A stretch of DNA of 64,000 bases from an uncultured Rickettsiales bacterium (GCA_964344575.1 CAYFOA010000011.1:4193-68192); one strand, 5' to 3'; shown: positions 37,915 to 48,484, numbered from the stretch's first letter. The notes: generated by a model from the letters alone, not told the origin. Numbers and translations are program-made.

Positions 37915-39240
37915 ATGGTGACCCCCCGGCTGCACCGCGGGCCGCTGACCCGCGCCCTCGTCCTGGAGTCCCCCGACCCCGAGCTCGACGAGGGGCTGCG
38001 CGGCATCGGCATCAAGCCCGTGCGGGTCGAGGCGACCCCCGACAAGGCCGGCATCATCGCGCTGTGCGAGCGGCACCGGCCGCACCTGATCTTCAAGCGG
38101 TCCCGGCTCGTCATCGACGCCGACATCCTCGACGCCGCCCCGGAGCTCTTCGCCGTGATGCTCTGCTGCATCGGCGACGACTCCGTCGACAAGCAGGCCT
38201 GCGCCGACCGCGGCGTCCTCGTGCTGAACGACCCCCGCTCCAACGGCCGGTCCGTCGCCGAGCTCGTCATCGGCATCCTCCTCATGGGCGCCCGCCGCAT
38301 CCCCGAGGCGTGGCGCGCGACCCGCAAGCACCAGTGGACCAAGTCCGCGTCGGGCCGGTTCGAGGTCAAGGGGAAGACCCTCGGTGTGCTCGGCCTCGGC
38401 AACATCGGCAAGCAGGTCGCCCGCCTCGCCGAGGGGCTGGGGATGACCGTGCTCTTCCACGACTCCGACGAGGTCGCCCAGGCGGTCGGGGAGACGATGG
38501 AGTGGGACTCCGTCGACTCCTTCGAGGAGCTCTTCGCGCAGTCCGACGTGGTCAGCCTCCACCTCAGCGCCGAGGACGCCCGGGGGCGCTCCAACCGGGG
38601 GGCCGTCACGCGCGAGCACCTGATGACGCTGGGGAAGGACCGCCCCGCCGAGTCGCCCCGCGTGTTCGTGAACCTCGCCCGCGGCTTCGTCGTCGACCCC
38701 GCCGACCTCCGCGCCGCGGTGGACGCGGACGCCGTCCGGCACGCCTTCATCGACGTCTACCCGGAGGAGCCGCAGGCCGGCCAGACGGCGTGGACGAACC
38801 CGTTCGCCGAGTACCCCCAGATCCACGGGACGCCCCACATCGGCGCCGCCACGCGCGACGCGCAGCCCCGGATCGCCCGCAAGATGGTCCGCACGGCGCG
38901 CCAGTTCAGCCTCCGCGGCACCGTCGAGGACTGCGTCTTCATGCCCCGCCGCCGCATCGACGTGGCCCGGTCGGCGATGTCGCCCCACATCCTCGCCGTC
39001 GTCCACTCCGACGCCCGCGGGACCAAGAAGGCGGTCGATGACGCGATCTACGCCGCCGGGGTCAACAACCTCCAGTCCACCCACCAGGACTTCCCCCGGT
39101 ACGGCATCGCCTACGACCTGTCGGTGCTGGAGCGGCCGCTGACCGACGAGGAGCTCGCGGGGCTGGTGGAGCACGCGCACGAGCTGGCGGAGGGGCCGAC
39201 GCCCATCCGCGCCATCCGGCAGGTCACCCTCGGCGAGTGA
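37915..39240 (+). CDS. D-isomer-specific 2-hydroxyacid dehydrogenase, SerA (D-3-phosphoglycerate dehydrogenase)-like, with C-terminal regulatory domain
   Basis: NAD-binding motif GVLGLGNIGKQVA. Catalytic region ...NLARGFVVD...HIGAAT. Internal ATG at 37915 (MVTPRLH) within a long composite ORF. Confidence 0.85.
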   Translation: MVTPRLHRGPLTRALVLESPDPELDEGLRGIGIKPVRVEATPDKAGIIALCERHRPHLIFKRSRLVIDADILDAAPELFAVMLCCIGDDSVDKQACADRGVLVLNDPRSNGRSVAELVIGILLMGARRIPEAWRATRKHQWTKSASGRFEVKGKTLGVLGLGNIGKQVARLAEGLGMTVLFHDSDEVAQAVGETMEWDSVDSFEELFAQSDVVSLHLSAEDARGRSNRGAVTREHLMTLGKDRPAESPRVFVNLARGFVVDPADLRAAVDADAVRHAFIDVYPEEPQAGQTAWTNPFAEYPQIHGTPHIGAATRDAQPRIARKMVRTARQFSLRGTVEDCVFMPRRRIDVARSAMSPHILAVVHSDARGTKKAVDDAIYAAGVNNLQSTHQDFPRYGIAYDLSVLERPLTDEELAGLVEHAHELAEGPTPIRAIRQVTLGE

Positions 39241-40411
39241 GCGCGTCCTCGATCCGGTCGAGGGCCTCCGTCAGCACCGCCTCCGACGTGCAGAACGTCA
39301 GCCGGACGTGCCCCGCGGCGCCGGGTCCGAACCACCGCGGAGAGCCGGGCACGACGCGGACGCGGGCGTGTTCGTGGAGCCAGGCCGCGACATCGTCCTG
39401 ATCCCCCAGCCCCAGCCCCTCGACGTTCGCGAAGACGACGTACGTCCCCTCGGGCGCGACGGTGGTGACGCCCTCGATGGCGTTCAGCCGCGCGACGACC
39501 AGGTCCCGCATCCGCAGGAGGTGGTCGAGGAACGCCTCGGCCCACGGCCACGCGTGTTCGTAGGCGGCCTGGGCGGCGACCTGCGAGAGCGTGGCGACGC
39601 CGTACGCGGTGGTCGGCGCGCGGGAGACGTCGAGCAGACGGTCGCGGACCTCGGGGTTCGGCGCGGCCAGGAACCCGACCCGGAGCCCCGCCAGCCCGAA
39701 CGTCTTCGAGAAACCGTAGACGCCGACGGTGCGCTCGGCGAAGTCGGGGGACAGCGACGCGATCGCGACGTGCCGGTGGGGGGCGTGGACGATGTCGCAC
39801 CAGATCTCGTCGGACAGGATCAGGAGGTCCCGCTCGCACGCCAGCTCGCCGACGGCCCGGAGCTCGTCCTCGGTCATCACCCGGCCGAGGGGGTTGTGGG
39901 GGTTGCAGATGGCCAGGACCTTCGTCCGCTCCGTGACGAGCGCCGCGAGCCCGTCGAGATCGAAGGCGCGGTTGGCGACGTCCATCCGGGAGCGGACCGC
40001 GACGCCGCCCGCGTTGTCCACGCAGGCGCCGAAGAGGAAGTCGACGGGGTCGAAGATGAGCGCCTCGTCGCCGGGCTCCAAGGCGTGCCGCGCGACGACG
40101 AACATCCCCGACGCGGCGGAGTCCGTGGGGAGGACGCAGTCGGCGCTGCAGCCGGCGATCGCGTGGCGCTCCCGGAGGACCTTCGCGGCCGCCTCGCGGA
40201 ACGACGGCAGCCCCTCGGGGGGGCCGTAGGAGAAGACGCCGCCGGCGGTGTAGTCGGCGATCGCCTCGCGGATGACGGGGGCCACGGGGAAGTCGGGATC
40301 GGCCGCCGTCAGCGGGATCACGCCGTCCTCGACGGTCGCCCAGCGGAGGTTGAACGCCCGCTCCTTGAGCAGGTCGAAGCGGACAGCGTCGTCGTCGAAG
40401 AAGTCGTTCAA
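39224..40411 (-). CDS. PLP-dependent aminotransferase (class I/II fold)
   Basis: FSKTFGLAGLRVGF carries the PLP-lysine motif. NPHNPLG motif. The proposed TTG start at 40409-40411 overlaps the upstream monooxygenase stop (TTGA). Confidence 0.8.
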   Translation of the reverse strand: MNDFFDDDAVRFDLLKERAFNLRWATVEDGVIPLTAADPDFPVAPVIREAIADYTAGGVFSYGPPEGLPSFREAAAKVLRERHAIAGCSADCVLPTDSAASGMFVVARHALEPGDEALIFDPVDFLFGACVDNAGGVAVRSRMDVANRAFDLDGLAALVTERTKVLAICNPHNPLGRVMTEDELRAVGELACERDLLILSDEIWCDIVHAPHRHVAIASLSPDFAERTVGVYGFSKTFGLAGLRVGFLAAPNPEVRDRLLDVSRAPTTAYGVATLSQVAAQAAYEHAWPWAEAFLDHLLRMRDLVVARLNAIEGVTTVAPEGTYVVFANVEGLGLGDQDDVAAWLHEHARVRVVPGSPRWFGPGAAGHVRLTFCTSEAVLTEALDRIEDALTRRG

Positions 40412-41505
40412 TGGACCAGCGGAATCGGCCGCGACGTCTCCTGGCGGGGGTCCAGGAAGTCCGCCACGAGCACCTCGCCACCGCGGAGGATCTCCTCCAG
40501 ACGGGGGCGCCGCTCCCGATCGTAGCGGGCCATCGCGTCGAGGGGGTCGGTCCCCTGGGCGAACGCGTCGATCAGGTGGCCGCCGAGGCAGACGGCGTCG
40601 GCGAGCGCGGTGTTCGCGCCCTGGCTCGTCAGGGTCGGCAGCGGGTGGGCGGCGTCGCCGATCAGGGCCACGCGGCCGGTGTGCAGCGGCGCCGGGGCGC
40701 TCGGCGCGACGGTCCGCCAGACGTACGAACTCGTCCACCGCGTCCGCTCGACGAGCTCCCCGATCGGCTCCTGCCAGTGCCCCACGAGCCGCTCCGCGAA
40801 CCGCTTCTTCCCGTCCGCGGTGGTGGGGATGTCGACGAACCGCTGCCCGTCGTACTGGATGAACCAGATGATCCGGCCCTGCTCCGACGGGACGATCCCG
40901 ACCGCCAGCCCGCCCCCGGGATCGAGGATCTTCAGGAACGTCCGGTCCAGCACGGCGGCGAGGTCCGGCGCGTGGCAGACCGACACGAGCTCCCGGATCC
41001 GGCACTCGGCGGGGCGCCAGTTGGGGTGCAGGGAGCGGCGGACGGACGAGTGGACGCCGTCCGCGCCGACGACGTAGTCCGCCCGCTCCGCGGCCCCCCC
41101 CTCGAACGACAGCGTCACCCCGTCGGCGTCCTGTTCGACCCCGATCAGGCGCCGCCCGAAGCGCATCGCCTCGCGCGGCACGGAGTCGGCCAGCAACTCC
41201 AGCAGGTCCGCGCGCACGATTCCGAGGTGATGGTCGAGCTGCATGGACTTGACGAAGCCCGCGTCGGGGCGGCGGAGGATGGCGAGGTCCAGCGGACGCG
41301 CCAGCTCCCGGGCGCGGTGGCCGCAGCCGATCGCGTCCAGCGCCTGCATCCCGTTCGGGAGCAGCAGCAGCCCCAGCCCGACGCGCTGGAAGACGGGGAC
41401 ACGCTCGTAGACGAGGGCGTCGACCCCCGCCTGGTGGAGGCACGCACCCAGGGCCAGGCCCCCGACGCCTCCGCCGATCACCGCGACTCGCATCCGTTCC
41501 TTCAT
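40408..41505 (-). CDS. FAD-dependent monooxygenase (UbiH/salicylate-hydroxylase-like)
   Basis: MKERMRVAVIGGGVGGLALGA carries the GxGxxG motif. GDAAHPLPTLTSQGANTALADA is the FAD/NAD fingerprint. Confidence 0.85.
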   Translation of the reverse strand: MKERMRVAVIGGGVGGLALGACLHQAGVDALVYERVPVFQRVGLGLLLLPNGMQALDAIGCGHRARELARPLDLAILRRPDAGFVKSMQLDHHLGIVRADLLELLADSVPREAMRFGRRLIGVEQDADGVTLSFEGGAAERADYVVGADGVHSSVRRSLHPNWRPAECRIRELVSVCHAPDLAAVLDRTFLKILDPGGGLAVGIVPSEQGRIIWFIQYDGQRFVDIPTTADGKKRFAERLVGHWQEPIGELVERTRWTSSYVWRTVAPSAPAPLHTGRVALIGDAAHPLPTLTSQGANTALADAVCLGGHLIDAFAQGTDPLDAMARYDRERRPRLEEILRGGEVLVADFLDPRQETSRPIPLVH

Positions 41506-41580
41506 CGGTACAGAGCACCTGATCTACAGGTCGCGAACGCTGAAATAAAGGGCGGGACCGCGGTGTATCCTGCTCCGCCG

Positions 41581-42687
41581 ATGGACCCGAGGCGCCTCGT
41601 CCTGCTCCTGATCGCCGCCTGCGCGCTCGCGCTGGCGCCCGCGTGCAAGTCGGGCAACGCGGACGACGGCGGCCGGTCCGACGACGACTCGGCCAAGGAC
41701 GACGACGACTCCGCCGAGGAGGAGGCGCGCGCCACCCCGGTCAAGGTCGAGGCCGTCGCGCGGGGGCCGATCTCCGAGACCATCGCGGCGTCGTCCACGG
41801 TCGAGTCCGAGCGGCGGGCCGACATCCACGTCGAGGTGAGCGGGACCGTCGAGGCGATCCGGGTCGAGGAGGGCGACCGCGTCGGCGCCGGGGCCGTGCT
41901 CGCGGTCCTCAAGAACCCCGCCCTCGACGGCGAGCTGGAGCGGGCTGAGTCCGCCTTCGGGCGCGCCGAGGACGACTACGGCTCCGTCCGCGGGCTGTAC
42001 GAGAAGGGCTTCGTCAGCCGCAACGAGTACGACGCCGCCGCCCACACGTTCGACACCGCCCGGGCGACCCTGGAGCAGGCGCGCGCGTCGCACCGGGCGG
42101 GGCAGCTCCGGAGCCCCATCGAGGGGACCGTGAGCATGCGCGCGGTCCGGTTCGGGGAGGCTGTCACGCCCCCGATGTTGGCCTTCCAGGTCATCGATCT
42201 GGCGGCCCTCCGGGTCGAGGTGTCGCTCCCCGAGAAGGACCTCAGCCGGCTCCGCGTGGGGCAGACGGCGCGCATCCGGAGCGAGATCCTGGAGGACGCC
42301 GCCGAGGTCCCCGGCCGCATCGAGCGGATCAGCCCCGTGGTCGACCCCGCCAGCGGCACCGTCAAGGTCACCGTCGCGCTCGACCCCGGCCAGGTGACGC
42401 TCCGGCCGGGGATGTTCGTCGCGGTGGAGATCGTCGTCGACACGCACGAGGCGGCGCTGCTGGTGCCGAAGCGGGCGGTCGTCTACGACGAAGGCGAGCC
42501 CCACGCGTTCGTCGTCGTGCCCGCCGAGGAGGGGGACGGGACGGTGGTGAAGCGGAAGAAGCTCGACCTCGGGTTCAGCGACCGCGACCAGGTCGAGGTG
42601 CTCGAGGGAGTGGCGGAGGGGGACCGCGTGGTGATGGTCGGGCAGGGCCTGCTCCGCGACGACTCCGACGTTCGCGTCGTCGAGTAG
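41581..42687 (+). CDS. RND efflux membrane fusion protein (periplasmic adaptor, HlyD family) lipoprotein with Asp-rich linker
   Basis: Lipobox in MDPRRLVLLLIAACALALAPAC. Asp-rich linker KSGNADDGGRSDDDSAKDDDDSAEEE. Coiled-coil and beta-barrel-type MFP regions. Confidence 0.85.
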   Translation: MDPRRLVLLLIAACALALAPACKSGNADDGGRSDDDSAKDDDDSAEEEARATPVKVEAVARGPISETIAASSTVESERRADIHVEVSGTVEAIRVEEGDRVGAGAVLAVLKNPALDGELERAESAFGRAEDDYGSVRGLYEKGFVSRNEYDAAAHTFDTARATLEQARASHRAGQLRSPIEGTVSMRAVRFGEAVTPPMLAFQVIDLAALRVEVSLPEKDLSRLRVGQTARIRSEILEDAAEVPGRIERISPVVDPASGTVKVTVALDPGQVTLRPGMFVAVEIVVDTHEAALLVPKRAVVYDEGEPHAFVVVPAEEGDGTVVKRKKLDLGFSDRDQVEVLEGVAEGDRVVMVGQGLLRDDSDVRVVE

Positions 42688-42734
42688 GCCCCCCCCGCGA
42701 ACGCGCGCGCTCGCGCTCGGTATACTCCGGCACT

Positions 42735-44921
42735 GTGACGGATCCCGGTTCTTCGCCGCCGCTGCCAGACGGGGTGGATCGCGACGGCGAGTTGGCCTTC
42801 GACGGGCTGGGGACGGCCGCGTGGGTGACCGACGTGGGCCACGTCCGGCAGCGCAACGAGGACCGCCTCCTCGTCAAGTCGCTCTGGGGCGGGAGCTACG
42901 CCCTGATGCTTGTCGCGGACGGCGCCGGGGGTCACGACAGCGGCGACAAGGCGGCCGAGATGGTCGTCGCCACGTTCAACGAGCGGTTCTCCGAAGACGG
43001 CGAGGCCCCCGACGACGGCGACCCCGGCAAGTGGATCCGCGACACCATCATCGACGCCCACGGGCGGGTGAAGGGGCTCGGTCACGGCCAGAGCCGCCCC
43101 CCGGCGTCCACGGTCGTCGGGCTCATCGTCGAGAAGGCGTCGCTGTGCGGCTGGCGCTTCCACGTCGGCGACTCGCGCCTGTACTCCCGCGCCGAGGACG
43201 GGATGGTCGCCCAGTGGACCCGCGACCACAACATCACCAACGGCCTCATCGACCGCGGCCTCCCCGTCACGCAGGCGCTGAAGATCGCCGACGGCGGCCG
43301 GCTCACCCAGGTCCTCGGCGGCGGCAGCGACCCCGAGCCGGAGATCCTCGGCCCGCTCAAGCTCCTCCCCGGGCAGGTGTTCCTCATCTGCAGCGACGGC
43401 ATCTACGGCCACAACGCCGACCGGGAGGTGCTCCTGCCGGCGATGAACCCGGCCGAGGGGACGACGACGGAGCGGGCGCGCGAGCTCAAGGGGGCGGTGC
43501 TCGACGGCGAGGCCCCGGACAACCTCTCCGCGGTCCTGTGGCAGGTGCCCGGCGACGCGGTGGCGACGTTCGAGCGGGAGACCGTCACGAACTCCATGAA
43601 GGCGGTGACGGCGGCGGACATCGCGCGCCACCTCGCCGAGTCGGAGGAGGACGCCGAGGCGCCGACGCAGCGGATGACGGCGCCGGAGGACTCCGGGGGA
43701 GGCGGGTTCATGATCCTGCTGCTCCTCGCGGGCGCGCTGGCGGCGTTCCTGTGGTGGCAGTCGGAGCAGGACGGCGAGGCCGACGTGGCCGACGACGCCG
43801 CTACCGAGACGCCGGCCCCGACGCCGGCCGAGCCGGAGACCCCCGAGGAGGACGCCCCCCTGCCGTGGCCGGACGACCCCGAGGCGTCGGACCGGCTGGC
43901 GGCGCTGGTGGGCGGCTTCGACGGCGCCTGGTGGGACGCCCTCCCCCCGACGACGAAGGCCGCCAAGGTGCAGCTCCTCGCCGACCTCGTCGCCGCGGAC
44001 CTGGGGCCGTCGGTGGTGCTGTCGTACATCGAGGAGCCGGACGGCCCCACGGTGGACGCCGAGTTCGCGGGGTGGAAGCTCGCGAACGACGAGGGGCGCC
44101 AGCGGGCCGCCCAGGGCTGGGACGCGCGCGCCGCGATCATCTCCAGCCACCCCGTCCTCGGGGCCCAGCCCGGCATCCCCGCGCTGATGGCCGACGCCGC
44201 CTGCCAGCAGGTCCGGCTCGGGTGGCCGCGGCCCGGCGGCGAGGCGCCCCCCGCGCTGGAGCGGTGGCTGGCCGCCTGCCTCCCCGCGGAGCTGGGGCGG
44301 CGCAAGGTCGAGATCCGGCTCGGCGCCTGGCCCGAGCGCGGCTGGTCGATGGACGACCTGAACCGCGTCCGCGCGCTCGCGCTGAGCGAGGAGGGGCCGG
44401 CGCAGCTGCGCGACGTCGCCGCTGCGGAGAACGTCCGCGTGGCCGAGCTGGGGCTGCTCGCGGCGGCGATGACGAGCCCCCTGCTGGCCCACGTCGAGAT
44501 CGATCTGCACGTCGTCCAGAGCCGGCAGGACGTCCCCGCGGAGTCGACCGCGGAGGAGGCGGAGGCGCTGGTCCACGGCCGGGCGGTGGAGATCGCCACG
44601 CTCCTCCGGGCGGCGGCGGGCGGACCGGTCCCCGTGCGCGGCGCCGGGTGGGTCGCCGACGACCTCGCCGTGGCGGCCGACGTCTCCGTCCTGGGGGACG
44701 CCGACAGGGCCCGCATCGCTGACCTGAACCGCCGCGTCGAGGTGGTCGTGGGCAGCGCCGTCGGGCCCGAGCCGGAGGAGGCGCCGGACGCCGAGGAGGA
44801 GGAGCTCCCCGGCGAGGTCGAGTCGGTCGAGGAGGCCGAGCTCCCCGACGAGCCCACGTCGGCCCCCGTCGAGGCCGGCGACTCGGCGCCCGCAGGCGAC
44901 GACGACGACTCCGCGCAATAA
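42735..44921 (+). CDS. PP2C-family (PPM) Ser/Thr phosphatase with TM helix and ~400-aa C-terminal domain
   Basis: TDVGHVRQRNEDR and LVADGAGGHDSGDKAAE are PP2C metal-binding motifs. TM helix GFMILLLLAGALAAFLWW. GTG start. It sits between the MFP and RND genes with 47- and 29-nt gaps. Confidence 0.8.
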   Translation: MTDPGSSPPLPDGVDRDGELAFDGLGTAAWVTDVGHVRQRNEDRLLVKSLWGGSYALMLVADGAGGHDSGDKAAEMVVATFNERFSEDGEAPDDGDPGKWIRDTIIDAHGRVKGLGHGQSRPPASTVVGLIVEKASLCGWRFHVGDSRLYSRAEDGMVAQWTRDHNITNGLIDRGLPVTQALKIADGGRLTQVLGGGSDPEPEILGPLKLLPGQVFLICSDGIYGHNADREVLLPAMNPAEGTTTERARELKGAVLDGEAPDNLSAVLWQVPGDAVATFERETVTNSMKAVTAADIARHLAESEEDAEAPTQRMTAPEDSGGGGFMILLLLAGALAAFLWWQSEQDGEADVADDAATETPAPTPAEPETPEEDAPLPWPDDPEASDRLAALVGGFDGAWWDALPPTTKAAKVQLLADLVAADLGPSVVLSYIEEPDGPTVDAEFAGWKLANDEGRQRAAQGWDARAAIISSHPVLGAQPGIPALMADAACQQVRLGWPRPGGEAPPALERWLAACLPAELGRRKVEIRLGAWPERGWSMDDLNRVRALALSEEGPAQLRDVAAAENVRVAELGLLAAAMTSPLLAHVEIDLHVVQSRQDVPAESTAEEAEALVHGRAVEIATLLRAAAGGPVPVRGAGWVADDLAVAADVSVLGDADRARIADLNRRVEVVVGSAVGPEPEEAPDAEEEELPGEVESVEEAELPDEPTSAPVEAGDSAPAGDDDDSAQ

Positions 44922-44950
44922 GCGCGACCCTGAGGGGTATAAGCCTCCGC

Positions 44951-47900
44951 ATGGCCGCAGGAGCGCCCGTCCAGGCCACCCTCGTCCGTCGCCCGGTGGC
45001 CACGATCATGGCCTGCCTGGCGGCGGTGGTGTTCGGCGCCGTGTCGTACACCAACCTCCCCCTGAACCTGATGCCGGACCTCGACTACCCCACCATCACG
45101 GTGCGGACCGAGTACCCCGGCGCGGCGCCGGCGGAGGTCGAGAGCTACGTCAGCGAGGAGATCGAGGAGGAGCTGTCGACGGTGCCGGGGCTGGCGTCGA
45201 TCGAGAGCGTCTCCCGGGCGGGGCTGTCGGACGTCATCCTCGAGTTCGAGTGGGACACCGACATGGCGGAGGTCTCGCAGGCGGTGCGGGAGCGGCTGGG
45301 GCTGCTGTCGCTGATCGACGAGGCGAGCCGCCCGTTGGTCCTCCGCTACGACCCCAACCTCGACCCCATCGTGCGCCTCGCCCTGGCCGCCGAGGACGAC
45401 TCGATCGAGGCGCTGGTGACGGCCCGGCGCCTCGCCGAGGACGAGCTCCGGCCGGCGCTGGAGCGGCTCCCCGGGGTCGCCGCGGTCAAGGTCCGAGGGG
45501 GGCTGGAGCGCGAGGTCGCCGTCGAGGTCCACGAGGGGCTCCTCCACGCGCGCGGCTTCACGGTGCAGGACGTCGTCAGCCGGCTGAGCGAGGAGAACAT
45601 CAACCTCGCCGGCGGGTCGCTGCTGGAGGGGCAGACCGAGTACCTGATCCGGACCCTCAACGAGTTCCGCGGACCCGAGGAGATCGCGGACCTGCACCTG
45701 ATGAACCAGCAGGGCGGCATCGCGCGGCTGGGCGACCTCGCCGAGGTCGCGGTGCGGCCCAAGGAGCGCGAGGTGGTGGGGCGCGTGGGGGGGCGCGAGG
45801 CGGTGGAGATCGCGGTCTACCGGGAGGCCGACGCGAACATCGTCGCCGTCTCCCGGGCGGTGCGGGACCGGGTGTTCGGGACGGAGGCCCAGCAGGCCTG
45901 GGTGAAGGCGCAGAAGGAGAAGCCCAAGGAGGCCGACGGCACGCCCGTCGCGCGCAAGGACGGCAAGAAGAAGGGGGACAAGAAGGGGAAGAAGGGGAAG
46001 AAGAAGAAGCGGCGGCGGAAGCGGCAGCGGGCGGGGGTGCCCCAGGGCGGCGGCGGCGGCGGCAAGATGACCGCCCGCCAGATGACCAACTTCCTCGCCT
46101 ACGAGCTGCCCGAGGGGATGGAGTTCGAGGTCGTCAGCGACCAGGCGCGGTTCATCGAGGCGGCGATCTCCGACGTCCGCGACGTGGCGCTGTACGGCGC
46201 CTTCCTCGCCGTCCTCGTGCTCTTCGTCTTCCTTCGCCACGGCTGGTCGACCTTCATCATCGCGACCGCGATCCCGGTCTCCGTCGTCGTCACGTTCGCG
46301 CCGATGTACCTGTTCGGCGTCTCCCTCAACCTGATGTCGCTGGGCGGGCTGGCGCTCGCGATCGGCATGCTCGTCGACAACTCGATCGTGGTGCTGGAGT
46401 CGATCCACCGCTGCCGCGAGGAGGGGGACGACATCGTCGCCGCAGCGATCCGGGGGGCCGCCGAGGTGTCGGGCGCGGTGACGGCGTCCACCCTGACGAC
46501 CGTCGCCGTGTTCCTCCCCATCGCGTTCGTCGTCGGCGTCGCGGGGCAGCTGTTCGGCCACCTCGACCTGCCGGTGGTGTTCGGCCTCCTCGCCAGCCTC
46601 GCCGTGGCCCTTTTCCTGATCCCCGTGCTGGCCGCCCTGCCCGCCCGGATCGACCTCCGCGAGATCGACGACCGCTGGGACATCGTCCGCTTCACGCTGC
46701 CCTTCACCGAGCTCCGGGACGCCTACCGGTGGGCGTGGAACGGCAAGCTGTTCGGGCCGATCCGGGTGCTCGGGATGACGCCCCTGATCCTCGTCCGGTT
46801 CGCCCTCTCGGCGGTCTTCGTGTGGACGCTCTGGCTCTTCCTGCGGGGGGCGCGCCTGGTGGTGAAGGCGGCGCGCGGCCTGCTGTGGGTCGGCGGGGTC
46901 GCGACGGGGGACGCCGGGCGGATGGTGGCGGGCCGCTTCGACCAGGTCCTCGGCTGGGTCGAGGCCGTCTACGAGCGGGCGCTGCGGACGTCGATCCGGA
47001 TCCCCTCGGCGGCGCTCGTGCCCGCCGTCGCGCTCTTCGCGCTGGCGCTGGTGTCGGTCCCGAAGCTGGGCACGGAGCTGCTCCCCGAGGTCCACCAGTC
47101 GGTCGTCCTCGCGCACGTGGCGCTCCCCGTGGGGACGCCCCTGGAGCGGACGATGGAGGCGACGGACACCATCGCGAACGCGGCGCGGCGCCTGCCGGGG
47201 GTGACGTCGGTGTACGCGGCCGCGGGGACGGAGCGTGAGGTGGGGGCGTCGTCGGACTCCGGCGAGAACACCTGCGACCTCGTCGTCCGGCTCGAGCCGA
47301 CGGAGGACCCGGCGGCGGCGGAGGCGGCGGTGCGCGAGGAGCTGCGCCGCATCGTGGGGGAGGTGCCGTCCGCCGAGGTCACGCTGTCGGCGCCGACGCT
47401 GTTCTCGTTCAAGACGCCGCTGGAGGTCGACGTCCGCGGCGAGCGGCTGGCCGACCTCCGGGCGTCGGCGGACGCGGTGGTGGAGCGGCTCGCCAAGGTG
47501 GACGGGCTGCGGGACGTCCAGTCGAACCTCCAGGCCGGCTACCCCGAGATCCAGGTCCGCTACGACCGGGCCCGGCTGGAGCAGTACGGGCTCGACATCG
47601 GCGTGGCCGCGCGCGCCGTCCGGGACAAGGTGGCGGGCAACGTCGCCACGGATCTGCGCGGGCAGGGGCGCAAGACCGACGTCCGGGTGGTGCTCCGGGA
47701 GGCGGACCGGGAGACCATCGACGACCTCGAGTCGCTCAACGTCAACCCGCGCGGGGCGCCGCCGATCCCGCTCAAGGCGGTGGCCGACCTGACGCCCTCG
47801 GAGGGGCCCTCGCAGATCCGCCACGCCGAGGGCGAGCGGGCCGCGCTGGTGACGGCGAACGTCGCCGGCTTCGACCTCGGCACGATGGCCGAGCGGGTCG

Positions 47901-48484
47901 ACCGGGAGATCGCGGCGATGGAGCTGACCGGGGACGTCCGCTACACGGTCGGCGGCCAGTCCCAGGAGATGGAGGCGTCGCTCCAGTCGCTCCGGTTCGC
48001 GCTGCTCCTCGCCGTCTTCCTCGTCTACGTGATCATGGCGTCGCAGTTCGAGTCGGTGCTCCAGCCGACCGTCATCCTCTTCGCCATGCCGCTGGCGCTC
48101 GTGGGCGCCGTGGCGGGCCTGTGGCTGGGCGGCCTGCCGGTGTCCGTCGTGGTGCTGATCGGGTCCATCGTTCTAGCGGGGGTCGTGGTCAACAACGCGA
48201 TCGTGCTGGTGGACTACGCCAACCAGCTGCGGGATCGCGGCCAGGACTCCGTCGAGGCCATCGTCAACGCCGGGCGCGTCCGCTTCCGGCCCATCGTGAT
48301 CTCGACGCTGACCACCGTCCTCGGGCTGATGCCGATGGTGGTGGGGACGGGGGAGGGGTCCGAGATCCGGCAGCCGCTGGCGCTGACCGTCATCGCCGGG
48401 CTGCTGTCGTCGACGCTCCTGACCCTCGTCGTCATCCCCGTCCTCTACAGCCTCCTCGGCCGGTTCCGGAGCCGCGCGGCGTGA
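44951..48484 (+). CDS. RND efflux transporter permease (AcrB/CzcA superfamily) with Lys/Arg-rich insertion
   Basis: 12-TM RND architecture. Conserved LAIGMLVDNSIVVLE and VVNNAIVLVDYAN motifs. Insertion KAQKEKPKEADGTPVARKDGKKKGDKKGKKGKKKKRRRKRQR. Confidence 0.9.
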   Translation: MAAGAPVQATLVRRPVATIMACLAAVVFGAVSYTNLPLNLMPDLDYPTITVRTEYPGAAPAEVESYVSEEIEEELSTVPGLASIESVSRAGLSDVILEFEWDTDMAEVSQAVRERLGLLSLIDEASRPLVLRYDPNLDPIVRLALAAEDDSIEALVTARRLAEDELRPALERLPGVAAVKVRGGLEREVAVEVHEGLLHARGFTVQDVVSRLSEENINLAGGSLLEGQTEYLIRTLNEFRGPEEIADLHLMNQQGGIARLGDLAEVAVRPKEREVVGRVGGREAVEIAVYREADANIVAVSRAVRDRVFGTEAQQAWVKAQKEKPKEADGTPVARKDGKKKGDKKGKKGKKKKRRRKRQRAGVPQGGGGGGKMTARQMTNFLAYELPEGMEFEVVSDQARFIEAAISDVRDVALYGAFLAVLVLFVFLRHGWSTFIIATAIPVSVVVTFAPMYLFGVSLNLMSLGGLALAIGMLVDNSIVVLESIHRCREEGDDIVAAAIRGAAEVSGAVTASTLTTVAVFLPIAFVVGVAGQLFGHLDLPVVFGLLASLAVALFLIPVLAALPARIDLREIDDRWDIVRFTLPFTELRDAYRWAWNGKLFGPIRVLGMTPLILVRFALSAVFVWTLWLFLRGARLVVKAARGLLWVGGVATGDAGRMVAGRFDQVLGWVEAVYERALRTSIRIPSAALVPAVALFALALVSVPKLGTELLPEVHQSVVLAHVALPVGTPLERTMEATDTIANAARRLPGVTSVYAAAGTEREVGASSDSGENTCDLVVRLEPTEDPAAAEAAVREELRRIVGEVPSAEVTLSAPTLFSFKTPLEVDVRGERLADLRASADAVVERLAKVDGLRDVQSNLQAGYPEIQVRYDRARLEQYGLDIGVAARAVRDKVAGNVATDLRGQGRKTDVRVVLREADRETIDDLESLNVNPRGAPPIPLKAVADLTPSEGPSQIRHAEGERAALVTANVAGFDLGTMAERVDREIAAMELTGDVRYTVGGQSQEMEASLQSLRFALLLAVFLVYVIMASQFESVLQPTVILFAMPLALVGAVAGLWLGGLPVSVVVLIGSIVLAGVVVNNAIVLVDYANQLRDRGQDSVEAIVNAGRVRFRPIVISTLTTVLGLMPMVVGTGEGSEIRQPLALTVIAGLLSSTLLTLVVIPVLYSLLGRFRSRAA

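Noticed and set aside
35542-39240. 1232-aa plus-strand ORF
   Set aside because: It is a composite. Its upstream part overlaps DUF1592, DUF1552 and the antisense of the SDR gene with low-complexity Arg/Pro sequence. Only the SerA-like part from 37915 was kept.
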